Sequence record: SRR31156797_768
Strand: one strand, 5' to 3'
Length of the DNA stretch: 61,562 nt
Positions within the stretch are counted from its first letter, which is position 1. Each line of letters starts with the position of its first letter. Position numbers and translations under genes: made by a program. Positions 19,767-28,337 of this stretch are shown one piece after another. The notes under the pieces are model-generated. The model saw nothing but the letters and a program-made list of their open reading frames with translations, did no database searches and was not told the DNA's origin.

Positions 19767-22010
19767 CTATACCTTCCTCACCTTGCAGGCGCAGATCTTG
19801 AATTCTGGCTGTTTGGAACCGGGATCAATGGCGTCAATCGTCAACTCGTTGATGAGTTTGTCCGGGTCAAACCACGGGACAAACACCAATCCGGGATTAC
19901 AAACATCGCCAACACGTGCCTGAAAGACCATGGAACCTCGTCTGGAGATCAGTTCCACATTATCACCGTTCTGCACCTTCAAATTGGCAGCATCCTGATC
20001 ATTGATTTCAACGTAGGCTTCCGGGAACGACTTATTGATCTCAGGAACCTTGTTGGTCATGGTTCCTGTATGCCAATGGTCGATTACACGGCCGGTTGTG
20101 AGAACGAACGGATATTCGGCATCAGCAGGCTCTGCCGGTGGCTTCTGCGGACGCATCCAGACAATGGCTCGACCGTCGGGGTTGCCGTAAAACCAATATT
20201 TATGCGGATAATCCTTGGGAATATTCGGGTCTTCACCTCGGACATAACGCCGCTTGGTGCCGGGATGATCTTCGGTCGGACACGGCCACAGTATACCTGA
20301 TCCCTTGCGAAGACGTTCACGGGTAATACCCATGAAATTATACGGCGTGATAGAGGAAACCTCACGCCATTCATTCCAGACATCCGTAGAATCTTTATAA
20401 GGAATGAGCTTGGGATCAACCCCGATACGCACAGCAAGATCAACAAGGATATTGACGGAATCACGGCACTCGCCGGGAGCATCAATAGCTTTTCCAACCA
20501 ACGCATACCGACGCTCCGAACACCCGAAAACACCTTCACGTTCCACCCAAAATGATGGAGGGAATACGACATCGGCAAATTCAAGCGTCTTGGCGTCACT
20601 GAAAGCCTCAATACAGGCCATGAAGCACTTCTTCATGCCCGGATTGAACTTATGCAAATTGGGTAAGGAATGAGCAGGGTTGGTACACAAAGACAGCAGA
20701 CAGTTGACCTTGCCGTCACTCATGGCCTTGAACAGGGCGGTGGTATGCAGCCCCGGCTTTGGATTCAAGGAATCCTGTGGAATACCCCACTGCTTTTCCA
20801 CCTGATTACGATGCGCCTTCTTGGCGATAACGCGACCTGCGGGAAGCAGATGGGAAAGACCACCCGTATCACGAACGCCACCACAAGCATTGGGTTGACC
20901 GGTCAATGAGAACGGAGAGGAACCGGGTTTGCCGATCTTGCCTGTAATCAGATGAAGGTTACTGATAAGATTGTTGGCCCAGACACCACGAGTGCGCTGG
21001 TTTGCCCCCATGCACCACAGAGAAAGCGAGGCCGGAGACTCACCGAACATACGTCCAGCAGTCCAGATATCTTCTGCAGAAACGCCGACAGTAGCAGCGA
21101 CCTTTTCGGGAGTGTATTCTTCGAGGAACTGTAGATATTCCTCAAGAGAATGCGATGCTTTGGCGTTGTCCTTGAAATGGACATACTTACTTATAAACCG
21201 AGGATCATCCAACTCTTCCTTAAAGATGACATACGCCATGGCGTTGAGCAGTGCGAGGTCGTTACCCGCCGTGACCCTAAGGTGCAAGTCGGCGATACGG
21301 GCGGTGTTGGTCGTACGAGGATCAACCACGATAACCTTGACCTTGGGATCATTCTGCTTGCGGGCAGCGATACGTCTGAAAAGCACGGGGTGACATTCCG
21401 AAGTGTTGGAACCAAAGATAAAAAAGCAACTCGTTGCGTCAATATCTTCGAAACAACCACATGGCTCATCCTTGCCGAAAGTGGTCACATAGCCACCGAC
21501 TGCGGAAGCCATGCACAGGCGCGGATTGCCTTCCACGTTATTCGATTTCAAACCGGCCTTGAATACCTTGCTGGCCAGATAGGTTTCTTCAGTCAAAGCC
21601 TGACCGGAACCATAGTAGCCTACTGATTCCGGGCCAAACTGATCAATACTCTCGCGGAACTTGCGGGCCGTCAAATCAAGTGCCTCGTCCCAGGAAGCCG
21701 GTTCCAACTTCCCATTGCGGCGAATAAGTGGCTTGGTCACGCGCTCCTTGGCGTAAATGACAGGTGCCAACAACGCACCCTTAAGGCACAATAAACCTTT
21801 ATTATGATTGTTGGGATCACCCTTGACGGTGACGACCTTGCCGTCTTTGACTCCGACCATGACACCACAGCCTGTGCCGCAATAGCGGCAAACCGCTTTA
21901 CTCCAAGTGTCAACGCCTTCACCGGCCTTGGCCTTGGTCGGAATGCCAAGAGCAGTGAGTGCTGACAGTGCAGCGATTTGTTTGATAAAATTTCTTCTGG
22001 AAAGGCTCAT
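19767..22010 (-). CDS. napA: periplasmic nitrate reductase catalytic subunit
   Basis: Tat signal SRRNFIK; CRYCGTGC...C [4Fe-4S]; Mo ligand RLCMASA; SLTGQPNACG; TTGR..HWHTGTMT; SKQPEFKICA. Confidence 0.96.
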   Translation of the reverse strand: MSLSRRNFIKQIAALSALTALGIPTKAKAGEGVDTWSKAVCRYCGTGCGVMVGVKDGKVVTVKGDPNNHNKGLLCLKGALLAPVIYAKERVTKPLIRRNGKLEPASWDEALDLTARKFRESIDQFGPESVGYYGSGQALTEETYLASKVFKAGLKSNNVEGNPRLCMASAVGGYVTTFGKDEPCGCFEDIDATSCFFIFGSNTSECHPVLFRRIAARKQNDPKVKVIVVDPRTTNTARIADLHLRVTAGNDLALLNAMAYVIFKEELDDPRFISKYVHFKDNAKASHSLEEYLQFLEEYTPEKVAATVGVSAEDIWTAGRMFGESPASLSLWCMGANQRTRGVWANNLISNLHLITGKIGKPGSSPFSLTGQPNACGGVRDTGGLSHLLPAGRVIAKKAHRNQVEKQWGIPQDSLNPKPGLHTTALFKAMSDGKVNCLLSLCTNPAHSLPNLHKFNPGMKKCFMACIEAFSDAKTLEFADVVFPPSFWVEREGVFGCSERRYALVGKAIDAPGECRDSVNILVDLAVRIGVDPKLIPYKDSTDVWNEWREVSSITPYNFMGITRERLRKGSGILWPCPTEDHPGTKRRYVRGEDPNIPKDYPHKYWFYGNPDGRAIVWMRPQKPPAEPADAEYPFVLTTGRVIDHWHTGTMTNKVPEINKSFPEAYVEINDQDAANLKVQNGDNVELISRRGSMVFQARVGDVCNPGLVFVPWFDPDKLINELTIDAIDPGSKQPEFKICACKVRKV

Positions 22011-22034
22011 TTCCGCCTCCTTATATATCCTGTA

Positions 22035-22496
22035 TTAGTTCACAGTCTTTTTGGACTCGGTTTTCTGAAATGCTTCGTGATGAATGGAGTTCTGATGATA
22101 CGGATGGCAGTCGTTGCACTGCGGACGCAGACCGAATTTCTCTTCCATTCTATTCACGGCCGGATCATGACACTTACGACAGACCTTATCCGGGTCTGGA
22201 TCGGCCGCGAATTCAACAGCACCCTTTCCGTCTGGTTGGCCATGACAGACAAAACATTTGACGAGCAGCATGCCATGCTTGCCCTCGTACCAGTCCTGAG
22301 CAATTTTCGGCGTCGTTTTCAAATGACAGGCATAGCAATCGCCAGCCATCTTCGACTCATCAGTCAAATGCTTGGCTTCACACCGAGTCTCAGGAAATGC
22401 GGCATGAACATATACATACATGCCGACGGCGACGACAACGACTGCGAGTCCCGCCACCGCCGACCATTTTCCGATCTTACTTTTAAACATTGCCAT
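22035..22496 (-). CDS. napM: tetraheme cytochrome c NapM
   Basis: 4 CxxCH (CYACH, CFVCH, CRKCH, CNDCH); position between napC and napA as in the Desulfovibrio napCMADGH operon. Confidence 0.85.
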   Translation of the reverse strand: MAMFKSKIGKWSAVAGLAVVVVAVGMYVYVHAAFPETRCEAKHLTDESKMAGDCYACHLKTTPKIAQDWYEGKHGMLLVKCFVCHGQPDGKGAVEFAADPDPDKVCRKCHDPAVNRMEEKFGLRPQCNDCHPYHQNSIHHEAFQKTESKKTVN

Positions 22497-23068
22497 TACA
22501 TCCCCTCCTCTTGTGCGGCCATCTTGGCTGCGAATTCGGCATTCTGCACGTATCGCCTGTCGAATATGGGAAGATGGGCCATGTTATGATGGCAGTCAGC
22601 ACATCCTTTGCCTGTCTGACCGTTAATTCCCAAATACGCATCATGGGCGAGCTTGCCCTCGCGAGACAACTCTTCACCCTTGTAGGTCTTTTTCAGATCC
22701 TCATGACAGGCACGACAACTGTCGTCAGGCACAAACCGCCTTGCGGACAGCTGCAATTCCCTTCGATAAAAATTATCCGGATCGCCAAAATGATGAACAA
22801 TCATGTCCTTAATCCCCAAGTACGCCTTCAAGGACACATAACGCGGACCAAGCTCCGCAGGCATGTGACATTGACGGCATTCGATCGGTTTTTTGTCCTT
22901 ATCAACAGCATGTGATGAAAGCTTCAATTCAGCCTGATGCTGTTCCATTTCATGACAGGACACGCAAAAACCGGTCGTGGAGGTCTTCTCGAACGCCACT
23001 GCGCCGACGACTGCAATCGCCAGGACACAGCCGAACGAGAGGACAATAGTCCTTACCCCTCTTTTCAT
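22496..23068 (-). CDS. napC: NapC tetraheme quinol dehydrogenase
   Basis: TM anchor; TSTTGFCVSCHEM, CRQCHMP, CRACH, CADCH. Confidence 0.92.
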   Translation of the reverse strand: MKRGVRTIVLSFGCVLAIAVVGAVAFEKTSTTGFCVSCHEMEQHQAELKLSSHAVDKDKKPIECRQCHMPAELGPRYVSLKAYLGIKDMIVHHFGDPDNFYRRELQLSARRFVPDDSCRACHEDLKKTYKGEELSREGKLAHDAYLGINGQTGKGCADCHHNMAHLPIFDRRYVQNAEFAAKMAAQEEGM

Positions 23069-23149
23069 GACTCCTCCTCAATTACCGGTATGTGTTTCAT
23101 AATATCTCCCTTCCAACACGACATATCATTCTGTCGCAAGATTCATCTT

Positions 23150-23164
23150 CCAAATTACATGCCA
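23150..23164 (-). promoter_or_regulatory. sigma-54 (-24/-12) promoter for napCMADGH
   Basis: Minus strand TGGCATGTAATTTGG; the -12 C is replaced by G. Confidence 0.6.
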
Positions 23165-23247
23165 AGAAAAACAAATGTTCGAAGCACCTCAAAAGCCTGT
23201 ATTTTCAGTAAATAAATATCAAATATTCAGACTTCAAAGGTAGGATG

Positions 23248-23306
23248 TGTCATGTATTAAAGACGGTGTATTCAGAAGTAAACGCGAGTGTCATATATTT
23301 ATGACT
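23248..23306. promoter_or_regulatory. two TGTCA-N8-TGACA-type enhancer sites upstream of nap
   Basis: TGTCATGTATTAAAGACG (23248-23265) and TGTCATATATTTATGACT (23289-23306); same motif as at 14347-14384. Confidence 0.6.
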
Positions 23307-23399
23307 AAATATCCCAACCATCATCGTAGCCATGATTTGAAGTTTTCACCCCGATGGTCTCAATTCTTCCACATTGAACGACATCTCGACTCACCACAC

Positions 23400-23440
23400 A
23401 AAAAAAGGCCCCTGAACACAATCATGTTCAGGAGCCTTTT
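23400..23440 (-). terminator. intrinsic terminator downstream of the siroheme protein gene
   Basis: AAAAAAAGGCCCCTGAACA...TGTTCAGGAGCCTTTT. Confidence 0.75.
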
Positions 23441-23459
23441 AGGATTTGATAAATATCTT

Positions 23460-24116
23460 TTATTTCAGGGCATCAGCAACGACTTCGTGGCCCAATCGGC
23501 GTACCATCATCCCAATGCGTTCACCTTTCTTAGCGGTATCACGGTAATAAACCAGTGCTTTTGCGATGATAGCCAATGCTTCATCGTCCGAAACCCCTTT
23601 GGCGAGACGCAACCCGGGGGCAGCACGGTGGCGAGCAGAACCGCCGTAAATGACATTCCAGCCCTTGGCAATTCCCACAAGACCGATGTCACGCACAAAG
23701 CTCAAGCTACAGGCCATGCCACAACCCGAAACGCCACTCTTTACCTTGAAAGGATACGGGCCATTGGCTTTGACCACCTCAAGCAGACGGTCGCCCATCT
23801 CACGGGTATTCTGCTGACCATATTTACACAATTCACCGCCCGGACAAACAGAAACACCGGGGGGACACTTGGGAATCGACACGCCGAGAGTGGACACGAT
23901 TTCGTCAAGTTTTTCCTTGGGAACTCCTTCCAAATTCATACGCTGGCCGGTGGTGGCGCGAAGCGTCACACCGGGATACGTCTCCATGATTTCCATGACA
24001 CTTCTGGTCATACCGGGAGTCAGCAACCCCTGATTAAGACAAAGACGGAGGGCATAGGTACCGTCCTTCCGCTCTATGGGCATAACAGTCACTGGTTCAG
24101 AAACTATAGAAGTCAT
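23460..24116 (-). CDS. small monomeric siroheme-[4Fe-4S] nitrite/sulfite reductase (Desulfovibrio alSiR-like)
   Basis: 218 aa; GLLTP, TTGQRM ferredoxin-like half domain; CPGGELC (Cx5C) and KSGVSGCGMAC (Cx3C) ligands; RDIGLVG. Confidence 0.85.
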   Translation of the reverse strand: MTSIVSEPVTVMPIERKDGTYALRLCLNQGLLTPGMTRSVMEIMETYPGVTLRATTGQRMNLEGVPKEKLDEIVSTLGVSIPKCPPGVSVCPGGELCKYGQQNTREMGDRLLEVVKANGPYPFKVKSGVSGCGMACSLSFVRDIGLVGIAKGWNVIYGGSARHRAAPGLRLAKGVSDDEALAIIAKALVYYRDTAKKGERIGMMVRRLGHEVVADALK

Positions 24117-24173
24117 TAAAATCTCCTTCCTCTAAATGGTATTTAATCCCCTGACCCAAACAACGACTTCACC

Positions 24174-24217
24174 AATATAACGAAACCGGTCTCTAGCCAG
24201 AGTGAAGATAATCAAAA
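24174..24217 (-). promoter_or_regulatory. CRP/FNR-family (HcpR-like) site with -10 box, class II geometry
   Basis: GAGTGA-AGATAA-TCAAAA (24200-24217; 9/12 to TTGTGA-N6-TCACAA). Minus-strand TATATT at 24179-24174 places the site centre at -41.5. Confidence 0.55.
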
Positions 24218-24494
24218 TTTAAATGAATCACCTTTCAAACAAAGTCCTCACAAAACGTGCATGCGGAGTGTACGCAAATCTCCGAGCACTTCTAGACCGT
24301 TTTACATATTTTTAACGGTATCAAAAAGAAACCGCCTCGCAAAAAGTACGCAAACACACCACTTTTGCATTCAGCCAAAAACACGAGCCTTGACATGACT
24401 ATGTTTTTTAAAATAGTAGCCGTTTAGTGTTACTATTTCTAATTTCGTGTTAATAAAGGTATTTTATACCCTTGTTAACAAAGGAGGGTATCCA

Positions 24495-25835
24495 ATGTCT
24501 GGATGCACACCAAAGTCGTCACCGGTCGTTACACCGGTCGACCTTTCTTCAGTCCACCCGAACAAGGAGGGAACAATGAAACTGATTGAAGGCGTCATGT
24601 ACCAAAACAACGCACCCAAGGGGGTCGACCCGGACAGCATCTACTTTGTCCAAGTTGATGCCACAAAGTGTGAAGCCTGCGGTTCATGCGAAGAAGTTTG
24701 CGCCACTGGTGCAATCCAATCCATTAATGAAGACGGTATTCGTCAAGTTGTTGATCCGGCAGCCTGCATGAACTGCGGACAGTGCCTGACCAGTTGTCCG
24801 TATGGCGCCATCTACGAAGGCGTTTCATATGTCGACGAAGTCTTTGAAAAACTTAAAGACCCTGACACTATCGTCGTGTCCATGCCCGCTCCGGCCGTTC
24901 GCTATGGTCTGGGTGAGTGCTTTGGCGCTGCGACCGGTACCTATGTCGGCGGGAAAATGCACACGGCATTACGCCAGCTCGGCTTCAACTACATCTGGGA
25001 TAACGAGTTCACCGCTGATGTGACCATCATGGAAGAAGGCACCGAGCTCATTCAGCGTGTTCAGGAACAGGGCAAGGAAGGCGCTCGCCCCCTGCCTCAG
25101 TTCACGTCCTGCTGTCCCGGTTGGGTCAAGTTCACCGAAACCTTCTACCCGGACCTGATGCCGAATCTGTCCAGTTGTAAATCACCCATCGGCATGTTGG
25201 GACCTCTGGCCAAGACATACGGCGCACATGAAACGCACACCGAAGCCAAGAAGATCTACACGGTGTCCATCATGCCCTGTATCGCCAAGAAATATGAAGG
25301 CCTCAGACCGGAACTGGCCGACAGTGGCTTCCGGGACACTGATGCTACCATCAATACCCGCGAACTGGCGTACATGATCAAGACTGCGGGCATCAACTTC
25401 AACAGCCTGCCAGATCAGAAACCCGATGCGGTTCTGGGCGACTCCACCGGCGCAGCCACCATCTTCGGCACCAGCGGCGGCGTCATGGAAGCGGCCCTCA
25501 GGCTGGCCTATGAAGTGCTTTCCGGCAAGAAACTGAGCGACCCGAATATCAAGGTCGTCCGCACCCATGAAGGCATCAACACCGCTGACGTCAAGGTACC
25601 CGGTTTCGGCACAGTAAAAATCGCCGTAGCAAGTGGACTCGATAACGCCGCCAAGCTCTGCGATGAAGTCAGGGCCGGCAAATCGCCATACCACTTCATT
25701 GAAATCATGACCTGTCCCGGCGGTTGTGTGAACGGTGGAGGTCAGCCTCTTGATCCAGAAATTCAGGCCTCCCTGTTCAGAAGCACGGTAGCCCAGATTA
25801 ATAAACGCTTCCGAGCACGTAAGGTCACGGCATAA
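24495..25835 (+). CDS. hydA: periplasmic [FeFe]-hydrogenase large subunit
   Basis: 2x[4Fe-4S] ferredoxin motifs; H-cluster L1 TSCCPGW, L2 MPCIAKKYE, L3 EIMTCPGGCVNGGGQP. Two in-frame starts with AAGGAGG (24495, 24576). Confidence 0.97.
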   Translation: MSGCTPKSSPVVTPVDLSSVHPNKEGTMKLIEGVMYQNNAPKGVDPDSIYFVQVDATKCEACGSCEEVCATGAIQSINEDGIRQVVDPAACMNCGQCLTSCPYGAIYEGVSYVDEVFEKLKDPDTIVVSMPAPAVRYGLGECFGAATGTYVGGKMHTALRQLGFNYIWDNEFTADVTIMEEGTELIQRVQEQGKEGARPLPQFTSCCPGWVKFTETFYPDLMPNLSSCKSPIGMLGPLAKTYGAHETHTEAKKIYTVSIMPCIAKKYEGLRPELADSGFRDTDATINTRELAYMIKTAGINFNSLPDQKPDAVLGDSTGAATIFGTSGGVMEAALRLAYEVLSGKKLSDPNIKVVRTHEGINTADVKVPGFGTVKIAVASGLDNAAKLCDEVRAGKSPYHFIEIMTCPGGCVNGGGQPLDPEIQASLFRSTVAQINKRFRARKVTA

Positions 25836-25848
25836 GGAGAAACAAGAT

Positions 25849-26187
25849 ATGATAATGAACAGACGCGGTTTCATCAAAGCCTGCGGTATCATGACCGGAT
25901 ACGCCGTACTTGGGATGAACATCACAAAAGAAGCTGTAGCCAGCTCCATGAGTTTCGTAGGACTGCGCCAAAAGTCCGTATATGATGCTGACGCCAACTC
26001 CAAGATTTACGCGATCAGGAAGTCTCAGGACAATCCCATGATCAAGAAAATCTACGACAAGAAAGACGGCTTCCTGCACGAAGGCCCGTGTGGACACATG
26101 TCCCACCACCTACTGCACACGCACTATATTGATCGTAGCGCAAAGATTGCCGTCCTCAAAGATAAAGGCTTCAAGTTGAACTTCTAA
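25849..26187 (+). CDS. hydB: [FeFe]-hydrogenase small subunit with Tat signal
   Basis: NRRGFIK leader; RQKSVY..D...RKSQDNP..KKIY...SHHLLHTHY. Confidence 0.95.
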   Translation: MIMNRRGFIKACGIMTGYAVLGMNITKEAVASSMSFVGLRQKSVYDADANSKIYAIRKSQDNPMIKKIYDKKDGFLHEGPCGHMSHHLLHTHYIDRSAKIAVLKDKGFKLNF

Positions 26188-26432
26188 AACGCCAACAGCG
26201 TTAACCTGCGGCTAGGAGACCTCTGATCCAAGGGCACACGCTTCTTTTTCTCATCTTTTTTTCCCACACCATTTGACGCCTCTCTTGAGAACAGTCCCTT
26301 TCCTTGGGCATTCATTTTGTCTGGATTTCGTAATACTATTTTAAAAAAGTTATACACTAAGTGCAACTTTTTCTTGATTCGTATCCTTTTTTCTCTTATC
26401 ACTTCTTTCCAGAACACCTCCAATCGGAGAAA

Positions 26433-26575
26433 ATCTGCCTGCGGTAAGGGTTAGCCTGAACCACAGGGTGGAGCCATCGAGACTCTACCCGCTTTCCACA
26501 AGCAGACCGACATCTTGAAGCTCCCCCCCTATCCCCCGTCTGCAGATCGCCCGGAAGTGCTAAGCCGGGCTTTCT
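26433..26575 (+). other. structured 5' leader of the hydrogenase maturation operon (candidate cis-regulatory RNA)
   Basis: Nested stems, alternative ATCTGC/GCAGAC/GTCTGC/GCAGAT pairings and a final GCCCGG..CCGGGC-TTTCT hairpin. Confidence 0.35.
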
Positions 26576-26613
26576 CCTGCACTGTGAGATCAATGACCGA
26601 AAAAGGAATTCGT

Positions 26614-26856
26614 ATGGAAAAGCGATTGGGAATTATCGGCATCATCATCAAAGACAGGTTCAAAGCAGCCCCAGCGGTAAACGATATACTCAGCGACCAT
26701 GGAGAAATTATCGTTGGACGCATGGGCCTGCCTTTCAAAGACAGAGGCGTGAACATCATCGATCTGATCATTGAAGCGACCACCGACGAAGTTGGAGCCC
26801 TGACGGGCAAACTCGGCATGCTCGATGGCGTTCAAGTCAAATCACTATTGGTATAA
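26614..26856 (+). CDS. TM1266-family iron-only hydrogenase system putative regulator (ACT-like)
   Basis: MEKRLGIIGIII...VNDILS...IVGRMGLP...ALTGKLGMLDGVQVKS; directly upstream of hydG; RBS AAAGGA. Confidence 0.9.
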   Translation: MEKRLGIIGIIIKDRFKAAPAVNDILSDHGEIIVGRMGLPFKDRGVNIIDLIIEATTDEVGALTGKLGMLDGVQVKSLLV

Positions 26857-26873
26857 CCAAGGGAGTAAGGGCC

Positions 26874-28298
26874 ATGAAACAGGACAGTACGTTAGGCACC
26901 GGTTTGGAAAATTTTATCGACGATACCGTTATCCGTTCCGAAATGGAAAAAGCGGAAAACCCCAATCCGGGACTGGTCCGGGATATTCTTGCCAAAGGGG
27001 TGGAGCGCAAAGGACTCACCCCGTTTGAAGCAGCCGTTCTGTTAAAGAACACGAACAAAGAATTGGATGAAGAAATCTTCCAAACCGCCATGACAATCAA
27101 AAAGGGCATTTACGGAAACCGACTGGTGCTTTTCGCTCCTCTGTACATTTCAAATGAATGTGTCAATCAATGTGCCTATTGCGGTTTCAAAGCCACTAAC
27201 AACGATCTGGAGCGCAGGACACTCACACCCGAAGCAATCCATGAAGAAGTGACTGTACTGGAAGATCAAGGACACAAACGCCTACTGCTCGTGTACGGCG
27301 AACATCCCAAATACAATGCCGAGTGGATTGCCCAGACTGTTCGCGACGTTTACTCCGTGACCTCGGCAAAAAGTGGTGAAATCCGCCGGGTCAATATCAA
27401 CTGTGCGCCACTGGATGTTGAAGGCTTCAAAACGCTGCATGAAGTCGGCATCGGCACCTACCAGTGTTTTCAGGAAACATACCACGTACCAACATATGAA
27501 AAGGTCCACATGGCAGGTCGCAAGACGGACTATCTGTGGAGATTGCACGCCATGCACCGCGCTCAGGAGGCCGGTATTGACGATGTTGGCATGGGGGCGC
27601 TTTTCGGACTGTATGACACCACGTACGAAGTTCTGGGACTTCTCCATCATGCCCTTCAGCTTGAAAGGGATTGGGGAGTCGGGCCTCACACTATCTCCTT
27701 CCCGAGACTGGAGCCAGCCCTTGGATCGGATATGTCCTACAACCCGCCGTATCCGACCACTGACCATGAATTCAAGAAAATCGTGGCCGTCCTTCGCATA
27801 GCCGTCCCGTATACCGGCCTGATACTGACCACCCGCGAAACTGCCGAATTCCGAGCTGAACTCTTGCAAATGGGTGTTTCTCAGATTTCCGCAGGTTCCC
27901 GCACCTACCCCGGCGCATACAGCGACCCGGAATATGACAGACCCGGCGTCCAGCAATTCTGTGTCGGTGACAGTCGCAGTCTGGATGAAGTCATCCGTTC
28001 CATAGCAGGTGAACACGACTATGTCCCGTCCTGGTGTACAGCCTGTTATCGCCTGGGCCGTACAGGTGAGCATTTCATGGAGCTGGCAAAAACCGGTTTC
28101 ATCCAAAACTTCTGTCTGCCAAATGGCATACTCACCTTCAAGGAATACCTTATGGATTACGCTTCCGAAGAGACCAAAAAAGCGGGAGAAGCTCTCATTG
28201 CCCGTGAAATTGAAGGATACGCTGATCTCAAACAGAAAAAAGTACTTACGGACAGGCTCACCCGTATCGAAACAGGTGAAAGAGACTTGTATCTCTAA
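26874..28298 (+). CDS. hydG: [FeFe]-hydrogenase H-cluster radical SAM maturase HydG
   Basis: LFAPLYISNECVNQCAYCGF, EIRRVNIN, FQETYH, GPHTISFPR, C-terminal CTACYR...C auxiliary cluster. Confidence 0.96.
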   Translation: MKQDSTLGTGLENFIDDTVIRSEMEKAENPNPGLVRDILAKGVERKGLTPFEAAVLLKNTNKELDEEIFQTAMTIKKGIYGNRLVLFAPLYISNECVNQCAYCGFKATNNDLERRTLTPEAIHEEVTVLEDQGHKRLLLVYGEHPKYNAEWIAQTVRDVYSVTSAKSGEIRRVNINCAPLDVEGFKTLHEVGIGTYQCFQETYHVPTYEKVHMAGRKTDYLWRLHAMHRAQEAGIDDVGMGALFGLYDTTYEVLGLLHHALQLERDWGVGPHTISFPRLEPALGSDMSYNPPYPTTDHEFKKIVAVLRIAVPYTGLILTTRETAEFRAELLQMGVSQISAGSRTYPGAYSDPEYDRPGVQQFCVGDSRSLDEVIRSIAGEHDYVPSWCTACYRLGRTGEHFMELAKTGFIQNFCLPNGILTFKEYLMDYASEETKKAGEALIAREIEGYADLKQKKVLTDRLTRIETGERDLYL

Positions 28299-28337
28299 CC
28301 AAGACAATGATTGATGAAGACCCCGGACTCTTCCTCC

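Noticed and set aside
22370-22390. CEAKH in NapM as a fifth heme site
   Set aside because: Not a CxxCH motif; four canonical sites match tetraheme NapM.
23247-24119. 290-aa plus-strand ORF
   Set aside because: Antisense to the siroheme reductase and runs through its terminator and the nap enhancer region.
24270-24355. Direct repeat GTACGCAAA (two copies) and TTGACA at 24390 upstream of hydA
   Set aside because: Only two short copies and no well-spaced -10 box, so no regulator or promoter can be assigned.
26440-26480. Resemblance of GAACCACAGGG..GAGC to a ZTP (pfl) riboswitch
   Set aside because: The GACTGGCG core and the 3' CGCCTGGGC pseudoknot hairpin are absent, and the gene context does not fit. 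Kept only as an unclassified structured leader.
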